A stretch of DNA of 64,000 nt. Origin: an uncultured Chloroflexia bacterium. Lineage in GTDB: Bacteria; Chloroflexota; Anaerolineae; CG2-30-64-16. The stretch lies in assembly GCA_963774265.1 (NCBI GenBank), contig CAVZDU010000001.1, forward strand, positions 1,120,001 through 1,184,000, written 5' to 3'. Below the pieces are notes generated by a model. It did not search any database. It saw nothing but the letters and a program-made list of their open reading frames with translations, and was not told the DNA's origin. Positions 1 through 9,993 of this stretch are shown one piece after another; the first letter of the stretch is position 1, and each line of letters opens with the position of its first letter. The position numbers and the translations under genes were made by a program.

Positions 1-552
1 GAACCAGTACGGGTCGAAGTGGCAGGTGTCGTGCATCGCGCTGCGGGTCGGCTGCATCATGCAGCCCAGGGCCAGGTTCTTGAAGGCCCCGCCGAAACCA
101 CACGAGGGGTGACCCTTGATGTGCGCGAAGTCGATCAGAAACGAGGCATCCTGGATGCCGCCACCCACCAGCCAGTCTGTGATGTTCTTGAACGGCTGCG
201 TGTGCCGGTAGTAGTAATGCTCGTCCAGGCCGCCGGTGGGGAAGATCGAACAGCCCAGGGTTTCCGCGGTGTAGCCGCGCTCCGCGGCGTCACCGGCCGA
301 CCAGTTCAGATCGACGATAAAGGGTCGACCGCCGCCATCCTTGACGGCCTTCACCACTCGCCGCACGAACACGGGATGCAGGGTTGAATAGCCGACGTTG
401 CCGCCCAGGTGCATCTTGATGGCGACGTTTTCGCCCTTGACCCGATCGCGGATCGCCAGCTTATCGACGATCAGGTCCAGCTTGATCGGCAGCGTTTCGT
501 TGGCATCCAGCCGGGTTTGGCGAGGCGAGGCATAGTAAACTGTGCTTGGCAT
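1..552 (-). CDS. DUF362-family Fe-S protein (3' end runs off the window)
   Basis: Manual translation from the ATG at 552: MPSTVYYASPRQ...VAIKMHLG...HPVFVRRVV...FAHIKGHPSCGFGGAFKNLALGC. The KxHxG and HxKGH..FGGAxKN motifs are typical of DUF362. Not in the ORF track because it is truncated. Confidence 0.75.
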   Translation of the reverse strand, partial: MPSTVYYASPRQTRLDANETLPIKLDLIVDKLAIRDRVKGENVAIKMHLGGNVGYSTLHPVFVRRVVKAVKDGGGRPFIVDLNWSAGDAAERGYTAETLGCSIFPTGGLDEHYYYRHTQPFKNITDWLVGGGIQDASFLIDFAHIKGHPSCGFGGAFKNLALGCMMQPTRSAMHDTCHFDPYWF

Positions 553-684
553 AGGAGCTCCCTTTGTTTGACATAGCACTTGCTACGGACTAATGTCGCC
601 GTCAGCCCGTGTCAAGTGACCGGTTTCACCAAGTATCCCCTGGCACGTGGACCTTGTCAAAAAGGCGCGGGCCATCCGGTCGAG

Positions 685-2871
685 TCATTCTATAACCGGG
701 TCCTTGATGGCCCCTCGACCAATCAGGGGCACATCGGTCCCCGGCCTGCCTTCGGGCGGCGCGGTCTTCGCCAGGCGCACCGCGCAAACTTTGTAATCGG
801 GAATCTTCGCCCGCGCGTCCAACCGGTTGTCGGTCAATACGTTGGCTGCTGCCTCGGCAAAATGAAACGGGACGAAAATTAGCCCGCGCGGCGATCGTCC
901 CGTCACCAAAGCGCGCGCCGTGATGCTCCCGCGGCGGCTGACTACTTCGACCCAGTCGCCGGAGGCGATGGCGAGGCGTTCTGCGTCCTTCGGGTGCAAC
1001 TCGACGGTGCATTCCGGCCAAATCGCGTCCAGTCTGGACACGCGCGTCATGGTGCCCCCGTGCCAGTGATACAACACACGGCCGGTGCTCAGCACGAACG
1101 GATACTCTTCGTCCGGCAGTTCGCTGTCCGTCTTCCAGGCCACCGGCCAGAACTTGCCCCGGCCTCGCGGGAACTCCTGCTCGAACAAATAAGGGGTGCC
1201 TGGGTGGTCCGGCGCAGGACACGGCCAATGCACACCGTCCTCACGCGCCAGCCGCGCGTAGTCGATGCCCCAGAAGTCCGGCGTGAGCCGCCGCATCTCC
1301 TCCCACACGTCTGAAGCGCTGGTGTATGACCAGTTTGCACCTGTTAGGGCTTCTGGCCGGTTCATTTTGCCCAGCGTCACTTGCGCCAGGTCCGTGAGGA
1401 TTCGCCAGTCTGGACGCGCCTGCCCGGGCGGTGGCACAGCGACGGCCACCCGTTGCACGCGCCGGTCAGTATTGGTAAAGGTTCCCTCTTTTTCCGCAAA
1501 GCTGGCCGCAGGAAGGATCACGTCCGCATAGACGTTCGTCTCGTTGAAGAAGATGTCCTGGGAGACGAGGAATTCAAGTTGCTCGACGGCATGGCGTGCA
1601 TGCGCCTGGTGCGGTTCGCTCATCAGGGGATTTTCACCCATGAGGTACCAGCCGCGGACCCTGCCCGTAAATACCCCGTCCACGAACTCGGTCGTTGTCA
1701 GGCCCGGCTGGTCCGGCAGTGGGACGCTCCAGGCAGCCTCGAATTTCGCGCGCACCGCGGGATCGGTCACCGGCTGATACGCGGTGTACACACCTGGCGA
1801 CCCTCCCGAATCCGAACAGCCTTGGACGTTGTTCTGTCCCCGCAGGGGGTTCAGGCCCGTCCCTGGCCGGCCGACATGCCCGCACAGGAGTGCGAGATTC
1901 GTAAGCGTCAGCGTGTTGTCGGATCCGTGGGTGCTCTGGCTGATGCCCATGCCCCAGTACATGGCTGCGGCCCTGGCGCCAGCGTAGACGCGCGCCGCGC
2001 GCCGGATATCGGCCGCAGGGACGCCCGTGATCTCCTCTGCCCATTCCGGCGTCTTACCTACCAGGTCCGCCACGTACGCGTCGTAGCCTTCGGTGCGCGC
2101 GGCGATGAATGCCTGGTTGGTCAAGCCCTCGCTGACGACCACGTTTGCCAGCGCGTTGAATAGGGCAGTGTCCGTGCCGGGCCTGTGGCGGAGCCAGATC
2201 TCCGCAAAGCGCGTCATCTCTGTCTGCCGGGGGTCCGCCACGATCAGCCGTGCGCTATTGCGCTCCACGGCCTGCTTGAGGAAGGTCGAGATGACGGGGT
2301 GGGTCTCGGTTGTGTTCGAGCCGATCACCATGAAACATTCAAGGTTGCTCATTTCGGCGATCGAATTGCTCATGGCGCTTGAACCAAGGGCCAACTGCAA
2401 GCCGGCGACGCTGCCCGCATGACATAAGCGCGCACAGTGGTCGACGTTGTTGGTCCCGATTACGCCGCGGATGTATTTTTGAAGCAGATAGTTGTCCTCG
2501 TTGGTGGCCTTGGCGCACGCGTTGGCTGTGATGCTATCGGGTCCGCAACGGTCACGCAGGCTGAGAAGACGGTCCGCCACGGTGGACAGCGCCTCCTCCC
2601 AGGATACCTGCCGCCAGTCCTCGGGACCCGATGCGGGTGTGCGATGTCCGGGCGCCAGGAGAGTGCGCCGGACAAGCGGGCTCGTCAGACGAGTCGGGTG
2701 GTGCACAAAATCCCAACCAAAGCGTCCCTTGACACACAACCGACCGTAGTTCGGCGCGACGTCGAACGGTGCGTCCACGCGGAAAATGCGCCCGTCACGC
2801 ACGTAGAGGTCAATACGACATCCTACGCCGCAGAAAGGACACGCTGATCTGACAATAGAGTTGGCCTGCAT
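685..2871 (-). CDS. fdhF: Formate dehydrogenase alpha subunit (Mo/W-bisPGD, Cys-ligated)
   Basis: N-terminal CPFCGVGC...C [4Fe-4S] motif; active-site NNVDHCARLCH; PLRGQNNVQG; C-terminal STGR..HWHGGTMTR molybdopterin-dinucleotide domain. No Tat signal, so cytoplasmic. Confidence 0.93.
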   Translation of the reverse strand: MQANSIVRSACPFCGVGCRIDLYVRDGRIFRVDAPFDVAPNYGRLCVKGRFGWDFVHHPTRLTSPLVRRTLLAPGHRTPASGPEDWRQVSWEEALSTVADRLLSLRDRCGPDSITANACAKATNEDNYLLQKYIRGVIGTNNVDHCARLCHAGSVAGLQLALGSSAMSNSIAEMSNLECFMVIGSNTTETHPVISTFLKQAVERNSARLIVADPRQTEMTRFAEIWLRHRPGTDTALFNALANVVVSEGLTNQAFIAARTEGYDAYVADLVGKTPEWAEEITGVPAADIRRAARVYAGARAAAMYWGMGISQSTHGSDNTLTLTNLALLCGHVGRPGTGLNPLRGQNNVQGCSDSGGSPGVYTAYQPVTDPAVRAKFEAAWSVPLPDQPGLTTTEFVDGVFTGRVRGWYLMGENPLMSEPHQAHARHAVEQLEFLVSQDIFFNETNVYADVILPAASFAEKEGTFTNTDRRVQRVAVAVPPPGQARPDWRILTDLAQVTLGKMNRPEALTGANWSYTSASDVWEEMRRLTPDFWGIDYARLAREDGVHWPCPAPDHPGTPYLFEQEFPRGRGKFWPVAWKTDSELPDEEYPFVLSTGRVLYHWHGGTMTRVSRLDAIWPECTVELHPKDAERLAIASGDWVEVVSRRGSITARALVTGRSPRGLIFVPFHFAEAAANVLTDNRLDARAKIPDYKVCAVRLAKTAPPEGRPGTDVPLIGRGAIKDPVIE

Positions 2872-2920
2872 ATGCGCCCCTATGGATTGAAGATTGGCAT
2901 TTCGGTTTCGTCTTCAATCT

Positions 2921-3559
2921 CTAATCTTCAATCTCGAATTCCGTTCGTCCCTTGAGTGCGCCGGTCGGACAGACGCCGACGCAATTGCCGCAGAAGACGC
3001 AAGTCGTTTGGGGCATCGGGGCGCCGTAAGCGGTCGCCACGTGGCTGTGGATGCCCCGGCCGCCCCAGGTGAGCGCGTACGTGTTCTGCACGTCGCCCGC
3101 GCAGACCTGGATGCACCGCCAGCACATCACGCATTTTGAATAGTCCCGGATATAAAACGGGTTGTCGACGGCCACCGCGAACTCGCGACGCAGGCCGCCT
3201 GCGAACCTCTCTGGTTGCGCGCCGAGTCGCTCCATATACGCCAGGATTTCCGGCGCCTCGCTGAGATCCACCGTCGACGCCAACAATTCGAGGATCACCC
3301 TTCGGGCCGTCAGCACACGTTCGGTCTCAGTGTTGATTACCATGCCCTGCGCCACGGGCACCACGCAGGCCGGCTGCAGGTTGCGCGCGCCGACAACCTC
3401 GACCACGCAGAGACGGCAGATCCCGTTGGATGTCAGGTTGGGGTGATAACATAGCGTGGGGATTTCCACGCCCGCGTTGCGCGCAGTCTTCAGGATCGTC
3501 GTCCCGGCCGAGGCGCGCACCGTCCGGCCGTTGATGGTGAGCGAGATCAGATCCGCCAT
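2921..3559 (-). CDS. 2Fe-2S/4Fe-4S subunit (NuoG N-terminal/HoxU-like) of the NAD-linked FDH
   Basis: IPTLCY...GICRLCVVE...PAC [2Fe-2S] motif; [11 protein letters not shown] and [12 protein letters not shown] ferredoxin motifs. Confidence 0.88.
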   Translation of the reverse strand: MADLISLTINGRTVRASAGTTILKTARNAGVEIPTLCYHPNLTSNGICRLCVVEVVGARNLQPACVVPVAQGMVINTETERVLTARRVILELLASTVDLSEAPEILAYMERLGAQPERFAGGLRREFAVAVDNPFYIRDYSKCVMCWRCIQVCAGDVQNTYALTWGGRGIHSHVATAYGAPMPQTTCVFCGNCVGVCPTGALKGRTEFEIED

Positions 3560-3571
3560 GATGCCTCTTAC

Positions 3572-5320
3572 TTATCCAAAGAGTTCAGGCCAGCGGGCCT
3601 GGGCACTGATGATGGCGGTCGACGCGGCCTGGCCAAGCCCACAGATGCTTGCGTCGGTCATCGTCGCTGCCAGTTCCTTCAGATCGACCCAATCGCTGGC
3701 GCGCTTCTCGCCCCGCGCCCTGCGCGCCAGGATTTCGGCCTGCCGCTGCGTGCCCATCTGGCACGGGTAGCATTTTCCGCAGCTCTCGTGGCCGAAGAAC
3801 GCACCGATGCGTGCCAACACGTCGGGAAGGTCCACCGTATCGTCAAAGACCATGATCGTCCCCGCGCCGATGGTGCCCCCAACCTTCCGGAAATCCTCAA
3901 ACGTCAGCGGAACATCGAGATGTTCCGCGGTGAGGAACGTGCCGGCCGCGCCCCCGGTCAGCACACCCTGGGTGGTTCGCCCCTCGCCCAACCCGCCCGC
4001 CAGATCGTAGATCAGGTGGTGCAGGGGCATGCCGAACGGCGTTTCGTACACCCCGGGCCGCACGACCGATCCGCTCACCGCAAAGAGCTTGGTGCCGGCC
4101 GATTCACTGGTGCCCAACGCGTTGTACCAGATCGGACCATGCATGATGATGGACGGGACCTTGGCCAGGGTCTCCACGTTGTTGATCACGGTGGGGTGAC
4201 CCCACAACCCCGCCTCCACCGGATAGGGCGGCCGCAAGCGCGGGAAGCCCCGTTTGCCCTCGATGCTTTCCATCAAGGCGGTCTCCTCGCCGCAGACGTA
4301 TGCGCCGGCGCCCCGGCGAACTTCAATCTGGCATGCGAACGGCCCGTCTGCGGACTCGCCACAGAGATAGCCGGCCTGGTCCACCTGCCAGACAGCTTCA
4401 CTGAAGCGCTCGTAACCCAGCCGATGCTCTCCGCGCACATAGATGAACGCGCGCTGCGCGCCGACCGCGTAACACGCGATCAGCAGCCCCTCGATCACCC
4501 GGAACGGATCGCCGTCCATGAGCACCCGGTCCTTAAACGCGCCCGGCTCGCTCTCGTCCGCGTTGCAGATCACATAGCGGGGCCGGGGGTTGCGCGCAGC
4601 ATACTCCCACTTCAGGCCGGCCGGGAATGCGGCGCCCCCGCGACCCACCAGCTTGCTCGCCTTCATCTGAGCGATCACCTGCGCCGGGGTCATCTCCCGC
4701 AGGACCTTACGCAGCGCAGCCATGCCGCCCTGTGCGCGGTAGTCGGTCAGGCTGGTGGGGTCGACGACGCCGACGTTGGTCAGCGCCACCTTCACCAGCC
4801 CGCCGATCTTCAACTGCACGGGTACTGGCGTCCCGTCGAGCAGAGTGTCGGCCGTGGCGGGCGCGTAGCGCTCACCATCGACCAGCGCCGCCGGCGCGCG
4901 ATCGCACAGCCCGAGGCAGCGGACCGGTTCGAGTGTCACCGCGCCGTCGGTGGTTGTCTGGCCCGGCGCGCATCCCAACCGCTCGCTGAGCGCCGTCAGC
5001 AGCGCGTCGCTGCCGCGCAGCGCGCACGGTCCATCGACGCACACGCGGACGACCTGGCGCCCCACCGGTTCGGTATGGAACATATCGTAGAACTCGGTGA
5101 CGCCGTAGACGTCGGCCAGGGGCACCTGGAGATACGCGGCGATCCGTCGCAGGGCCGGCTCAGGCAGCCAGCCATCGAACAGCGCTTGCGCGTCGTGCAG
5201 CACTTCGAGCAGGATAGTTTGCCCGCGCGGGCCGTGCCGCGTCAGAATGTGCTCCAGCTCGGCCAGGCGATCGGGGCCGGGCGTCTTGGAGATCGTGGGT
5301 GAAGGCACCATTGCGTCCAT
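3572..5320 (-). CDS. Fused NuoE-NuoF-like diaphorase (FMN/NADH-binding) subunit
   Basis: N-terminal CVDGPC...CLGLC [2Fe-2S]; GRGGAAFP, CNADESEPGAFKDR, GAGAYVCGEETAL and ESCGKCYPC...SICGLG motifs. Confidence 0.9.
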   Translation of the reverse strand: MDAMVPSPTISKTPGPDRLAELEHILTRHGPRGQTILLEVLHDAQALFDGWLPEPALRRIAAYLQVPLADVYGVTEFYDMFHTEPVGRQVVRVCVDGPCALRGSDALLTALSERLGCAPGQTTTDGAVTLEPVRCLGLCDRAPAALVDGERYAPATADTLLDGTPVPVQLKIGGLVKVALTNVGVVDPTSLTDYRAQGGMAALRKVLREMTPAQVIAQMKASKLVGRGGAAFPAGLKWEYAARNPRPRYVICNADESEPGAFKDRVLMDGDPFRVIEGLLIACYAVGAQRAFIYVRGEHRLGYERFSEAVWQVDQAGYLCGESADGPFACQIEVRRGAGAYVCGEETALMESIEGKRGFPRLRPPYPVEAGLWGHPTVINNVETLAKVPSIIMHGPIWYNALGTSESAGTKLFAVSGSVVRPGVYETPFGMPLHHLIYDLAGGLGEGRTTQGVLTGGAAGTFLTAEHLDVPLTFEDFRKVGGTIGAGTIMVFDDTVDLPDVLARIGAFFGHESCGKCYPCQMGTQRQAEILARRARGEKRASDWVDLKELAATMTDASICGLGQAASTAIISAQARWPELFG

Positions 5321-5457
5321 GGTTGTTCCTGTCGGCGCTGCGCTGTGGGATCAGGTAGTGGACGAATTGTACCTTCGCGCGCGTTGGGTGTCAACGTACG
5401 CGAATCTGCAGCATGACGAACAACCCCAAGGTCGTGATGATTCCTGCAAGAGTTGCT

Positions 5458-6126
5458 TTATGCCGATTCACCCGCTGCGGGCTGCGAGTGAACAGTCCTG
5501 CTGACGACCCCTGCCCCATAGAGAACCAAGGCGCAGCCCATCGGAAACAACAGCTCGTTGACTCCCCAGCCAAGCAGCCCTGAGACCGACCCGGCAGTTG
5601 CAGGCGTCAGCAACAGGACGATCGCGCCAAATACCACCCCTACAGTCAGCCCCGCAGTCAAATATAGCGTTGGCCTGCTCTTGCGCTTAGCAAGGATCGC
5701 CAGCACTGCACCGAGACACAGATACTCCACGCCTCGCAGGGCGCCCAACGCGATCAGGATGGGCGAGGCTGGCGCAGACGCAATCGCGGATGTGAGTTCG
5801 GACACCGTCTTCTGGACGGCTTGAGCGGCGGTAAAGGCCAGCGGCGCGCTGATGAGGCCTGCCAGACCAACCCAAAACGGTTTGCCCTCCGACAGGACTT
5901 TGCCGATACCTAGCCCCCCGCATACGAGGAGCGACCATGTGACCTTCCCGAGTCCCTCGCTGATAGGCTGCAGTTGGGGGAGCCTGTCCAGCCGGATCAC
6001 CAGGAGGAGACCCTCCATGAGCAGGCCGAGTAGGATCGACCACCAGGCGACACGGGTCAGGGTGGGGCGAAGGCCTGCGCGGTCACGTGCGGCCGCCGAG
6101 CTTGCCGGCGAGTGTTGGGTCTTCAT
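5458..6126 (-). CDS. Hypothetical integral membrane protein (about 6 TM segments)
   Basis: ATG at 6126 after an AGGAGG RBS; several hydrophobic segments. The upstream part of the track ORF overlaps the divergent promoter and is unlikely to be translated. Confidence 0.65.
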   Translation of the reverse strand: MKTQHSPASSAAARDRAGLRPTLTRVAWWSILLGLLMEGLLLVIRLDRLPQLQPISEGLGKVTWSLLVCGGLGIGKVLSEGKPFWVGLAGLISAPLAFTAAQAVQKTVSELTSAIASAPASPILIALGALRGVEYLCLGAVLAILAKRKSRPTLYLTAGLTVGVVFGAIVLLLTPATAGSVSGLLGWGVNELLFPMGCALVLYGAGVVSRTVHSQPAAGESA

Positions 6127-6451
6127 GCTAATGTCCTCCTGGACCACTGATCCGACATATCTCCAGCCTGGACACTTGAATGGGTCTGGAGTCTGTATCG
6201 TGCAATAACTGTACAAAGTCTTCTGTGGGAGAGCTTCCTGAGCGCCTTCACCCGTTTGTCCCATCTTTGAACGAACGCGCGCTGGATGAACTCGTCCAAC
6301 GTCGGCAGCTTGACCCGCTACACTGGCGCGACCTTGCTCATGTCCACTTGACCGAATATGGCACAAGCTATGCGCAAATACAAACGTTTCTTTGCAGGCG
6401 GTGGTATACTTGGCAGCCAGGTCGTGGATCGAGCTGCGGAGGAGGCTGAAC

Positions 6452-7465
6452 TTGTCCGACACCGACGCCATAGTCGTCGACACCCTCACGAAGACCTATC
6501 GCGTCCCCGAGCGCGAGGGCGGACTCGGCGCGGCTGTCCGCAGCTTCTTCCGGCGCAAGTATAAAGACGTGCAGGCAGTCCAAGAGGTCAGCTTCCGCAT
6601 CGCGCGGGGCGAGATCGTCGGCTTCCTGGGGCCCAACGGCGCAGGCAAGACTACGACGCTGAAGATGCTTTCCGGACTGCTCCATCCCACCCGCGGAAGC
6701 GCCCAGGTTCTCGGCTTTACCCCGTGGGACCGCAAGGCGGACTTCCTGCGCAGCATCACCCTCGTGATGGGCCAGCGCAACCGCCTGTCGTGGGACATCC
6801 CGGCGGCCGATTCGTTCCTTCTTAACCAGGCCATCTATCGCCTGAGCGATGCGGATTACAAGCACACGCTGGCGGAGTTGGACGAACTGCTCGAACTCAA
6901 GCCGATCATCACCAAGCCGGTTCGCAACCTCTCCCTGGGTGAGCGAATGAAATGCGAGTTGGCTGCGGGGTTGCTCCACCGGCCGCAGGTGCTCTTTCTG
7001 GACGAGCCGACCATTGGCCTGGACATCACCGCACAGGCGCGCATCCGCACGTTCCTGCGAGAATACAACCGGCGCACCGGCGCGACGATCTTGCTCACCA
7101 GCCACTACATGGCCGACGTCACCGCGCTGTGCGAGCGTATCCTCATGATCCACCACGGCCGGCTCAAGTACGACGGCGGCATCACCGATCTCTCGCGGCG
7201 CATCGCGCCCGTCAAGCTGATCGGCGTCGCGCTGTGCGATGGCGCGCGCGTCGACCTGAGCCGGTATGGCCAGCCGGTGGCGGGTGAGGCCGAGAACGGC
7301 AGCGGCCGGGCGCGCATCCAGGTGCCGGCCGACGACGTCGCCAGCGTTACTGCGCGGCTGCTGTCCGAACTGGATGTCCAGGATCTGAGCATCGAAGAGG
7401 TTCCGATCGAGGACGTGATCGAGGCCGCGTTCCGCGAGGAAGCGGAGGAGGAATCGCGCGGATGA
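6452..7465 (+). CDS. ABC-2 type exporter ATP-binding protein
   Basis: TTG start after GGAGGAGG; Walker A GPNGAGKTT, signature LSLGERMK, Walker B LFLDEPT, H-loop TSHY. Confidence 0.9.
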   Translation: MSDTDAIVVDTLTKTYRVPEREGGLGAAVRSFFRRKYKDVQAVQEVSFRIARGEIVGFLGPNGAGKTTTLKMLSGLLHPTRGSAQVLGFTPWDRKADFLRSITLVMGQRNRLSWDIPAADSFLLNQAIYRLSDADYKHTLAELDELLELKPIITKPVRNLSLGERMKCELAAGLLHRPQVLFLDEPTIGLDITAQARIRTFLREYNRRTGATILLTSHYMADVTALCERILMIHHGRLKYDGGITDLSRRIAPVKLIGVALCDGARVDLSRYGQPVAGEAENGSGRARIQVPADDVASVTARLLSELDVQDLSIEEVPIEDVIEAAFREEAEEESRG

Positions 7466-8259
7466 TCCGCATTTACCAGCGCTTCTGGCAGATGAACTGG
7501 GCGGAGCAGTGGCAATACCGCGCCAACCTCCTGATGTATCTGCTGTACTGGCTCGTCTCGCCCATCGTCTACCTCTCCGTGTGGAGTGCGGTGGCCAACG
7601 CCCAGGGCAGTGTGCAGGGCCTCACTGCCAACGACTTCGTTACCTACTACATGGCACTGCTGGTCGTCGACGTGCTGACCAGCGACATTACCCTGCATAT
7701 CCTGGCGTACAAGATCCAGGACGGCACGCTGTCGGGCGAGCTGCTGCGGCCGGTACACCCCATCCTGACCGGCACGATGATCAACAACCTGGCGTTCAAG
7801 GCGTTGACTTTCGCAGCCCTGATCCCGGTCTGGCTGGTGCTGTACGTCCTCGTCCGGCCCGATTTCAGCGCGGTGACGCTCCAATCGGTGCTGCTGGCTA
7901 TGCCGGCCATTCTTCTCGGCTATGGAATCAGCTTTCTGCTCGGGTCGACGCTTACCTGTGTGGCGTTCTGGACGACGCGCGTCTATGCGGTGAACGACTT
8001 TTTCTACGCGTTGGGCGTCCTCTTCTCGGGCCAGTTCGTGCCGCTGGAGCTGATGCCGCGGGCCATCCAGGGGATCGCGCAATACCTGCCGTTCCAGCTC
8101 ACGCGCTATTTCCCGGTCCAGCTCATCCTGAACCGGCTGCCGCCGGAAGCGCTCTGGCGCAACTATGCGCTGTGCGTGCTCTGGCTGTTTATTTGCTTGG
8201 GGCTGTTCCTCGTGGTCTGGCGCGCGGGGGTCAAGCGCTTCTCCGCGGTGGGAGCGTAG
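7462..8259 (+). CDS. ABC-2 family permease (DUF990-like)
   Basis: Overlaps the ATPase stop (ATGA); YRAN and IQDGTLS..LLRP motifs; ends GVKRFSAVGA. Confidence 0.85.
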   Translation: MIRIYQRFWQMNWAEQWQYRANLLMYLLYWLVSPIVYLSVWSAVANAQGSVQGLTANDFVTYYMALLVVDVLTSDITLHILAYKIQDGTLSGELLRPVHPILTGTMINNLAFKALTFAALIPVWLVLYVLVRPDFSAVTLQSVLLAMPAILLGYGISFLLGSTLTCVAFWTTRVYAVNDFFYALGVLFSGQFVPLELMPRAIQGIAQYLPFQLTRYFPVQLILNRLPPEALWRNYALCVLWLFICLGLFLVVWRAGVKRFSAVGA

Positions 8260-8262
8260 CCC

Positions 8263-9048
8263 ATGCATTACCTCCGCCTGTTTGTCACGCTGTTGAAGAT
8301 CAACATTCAGCAGGAGTTGGCCTACCGCACCGACGCGCTCGTCAATGTGCTGGTCATGCTGATGTGGACCGGATGGGAGCTGCTCAGCCTGGGCATCATT
8401 TTCAGCAACACGTCCACCCTGGGCGGCTGGGATCTCGGTCAATTGATTGCCTTGTTGGGTGTGTTTCGCCTGGTTCACACGCTGATGGCGGCGATTGTCT
8501 GGCCCAACACGGAGAAATTCAACACGGGGATGCGCGACGGCTCGCTCGACTACACCTTGCTCCAGCCTGCGCCGAGCCTGTTCCTGGTCACTTTCACGCG
8601 GATCATCATCTGGCGCGTGGCCGACCTGGTGCTCGCCGTCGTGTTGCTGATCGTCGGGCTGAACATGAGCGGGAGCACCGCGACGCCTGCGAGCCTGGCC
8701 AGCTTTGCGCTGCTGCTGGCCGGCGGCATGGCGATCTTCTACAGCCTGTGGATCGTGATGATGGCGTTCACGTTCTGGTTCATCAAATTCGACAACAACG
8801 TGACGATCCTTCAGGCGCTGCTCGAAGCGGGCAGGTATCCCGCGACGGTGTATCCCCCTTGGCTGCGGCTGATCGTGACCTTCGTGGTGCCCATTGCAGT
8901 AGCCACCACAGTGCCCGTGCAGGCGCTGCGCGGGGAGTTGTCGTGGTGGCAGGTGCTGATGTTCCTCGGGGTAGCCGTGCTCGCTGTGCTTTTCAGCCTG
9001 CGTATGTGGCGCGCGGGGGTGCGCCGGTACAGCGGCGCGAGCAGTTAG
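8263..9048 (+). CDS. ABC-2 family permease (DUF990-like)
   Basis: YRTD and RDGSLDYTLLQP motifs, GRYPATVYP, ends RRYSGASS; paralog of the upstream permease. Confidence 0.85.
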   Translation: MHYLRLFVTLLKINIQQELAYRTDALVNVLVMLMWTGWELLSLGIIFSNTSTLGGWDLGQLIALLGVFRLVHTLMAAIVWPNTEKFNTGMRDGSLDYTLLQPAPSLFLVTFTRIIIWRVADLVLAVVLLIVGLNMSGSTATPASLASFALLLAGGMAIFYSLWIVMMAFTFWFIKFDNNVTILQALLEAGRYPATVYPPWLRLIVTFVVPIAVATTVPVQALRGELSWWQVLMFLGVAVLAVLFSLRMWRAGVRRYSGASS

Positions 9049-9092
9049 GACTGGCTAATCTCTGGTTTGTTAATCATATCGGAATCGCGAAG

Positions 9093-9227
9093 ATGGCACG
9101 CGAGGCGACGTATGAAGCTGGCGCCGTCATCTTTCGCGAAAATGATCCGGCGAGGGATCTGTACATCGTACGCGAGGGCCGCGTCACCATCCTTGATGAA
9201 TTGGCTGGCCTGCCCCGTCTGCTTTAG
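9093..9227 (+). pseudogene. Fragment of a cyclic-nucleotide-binding (Crp-type) domain
   Basis: MAREATYEAGAVIFRENDPARDLYIVREGRVTI matches the start of a cNMP-binding domain, then stops after 44 aa. Confidence 0.5.
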
Positions 9228-9248
9228 CGGCCGCCCCGGCTTTGGCGC

Positions 9249-9881
9249 CTAACGTCCTGACAGCGCGCCGGCTGCCAGCCAAATCTGATACACCCCGAAT
9301 CCCAGCAGGGCCAGCGCGGATAACCCGACCAGTCCGCGCGTCAGGCGAGGGCCGAGGCGACGGGCTACGCCGAACACGATGATGATGCCCATGAGGCTGA
9401 GCACCATGACGCTGCAGAAGCCCACGAGCATCGCGATCCCGTGCGTCGCCGACTCATCCCATGCCTTGAGCAGCAGCGGCCCCATCACGAGGCTCCACCC
9501 CAGCCACGGCCCCGGGTTCAGCAGGTTCACCAGGGCGGCCCGCACGACGGTTTGTCCATTTGCGCCGGAAGGCAGCAGGGACACGTCCGCGCGGAACGTG
9601 CGCCAACTCCGGAAGGCGCCGTATGCGAGATAGAGCAGGAACACCCCACCCGCCAGCCTCAGATAGATCAGCATGGTTGGGGGCAGACGGGTCAGGATGA
9701 ATAACACGACGATGATGATCGGCCCGTCGCTGAGCAAGGGGGCGAATGCCGCGGGCAACGTCCGGCGCCAGCCGTGGGTCAGCGACTGGGAGACGAGGTA
9801 GGCCAGGAATGGGCCGGGCTGCACAGCGGATGCGAACGCGTAGCCGCCGGCCATGACCAGGATTGGCAGCATGCTTGACAT
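9249..9881 (-). CDS. LysE/RhtB family translocator
   Basis: N-terminal QPGP motif, GGVFLLYLAYG, VNLLNP motif, about 6 TM segments. Confidence 0.85.
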   Translation of the reverse strand: MSSMLPILVMAGGYAFASAVQPGPFLAYLVSQSLTHGWRRTLPAAFAPLLSDGPIIIVVLFILTRLPPTMLIYLRLAGGVFLLYLAYGAFRSWRTFRADVSLLPSGANGQTVVRAALVNLLNPGPWLGWSLVMGPLLLKAWDESATHGIAMLVGFCSVMVLSLMGIIIVFGVARRLGPRLTRGLVGLSALALLGFGVYQIWLAAGALSGR

Positions 9882-9993
9882 GATGCTGCTTACTATAGGG
9901 TCAAGAGACGGCCTGCGGTATGATGAGCGTCAGCCTCAGGGGCGCCCAGCGGTTGGGCTGCCATCGCATCCCTTCGGTCGCTGCGGCCGGAGC

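Noticed and set aside
2415-2445. Selenocysteine in FDH
   Set aside because: The active site reads CARLCH with a Cys codon and no in-frame TGA.
3788-5302. Long antisense or alternative-frame ORFs (also 7105-8478, 7509-9227, 13675-15240, 29030-30553, 50784-52106)
   Set aside because: They shadow well-supported genes and have no motifs; expected from high GC3 codon bias.
6130-6345. Possible small ORF or gene remnant on the minus strand (MSKVAPV*RVKLPTLDEF...)
   Set aside because: Early stop codon, no RBS and no recognisable family.
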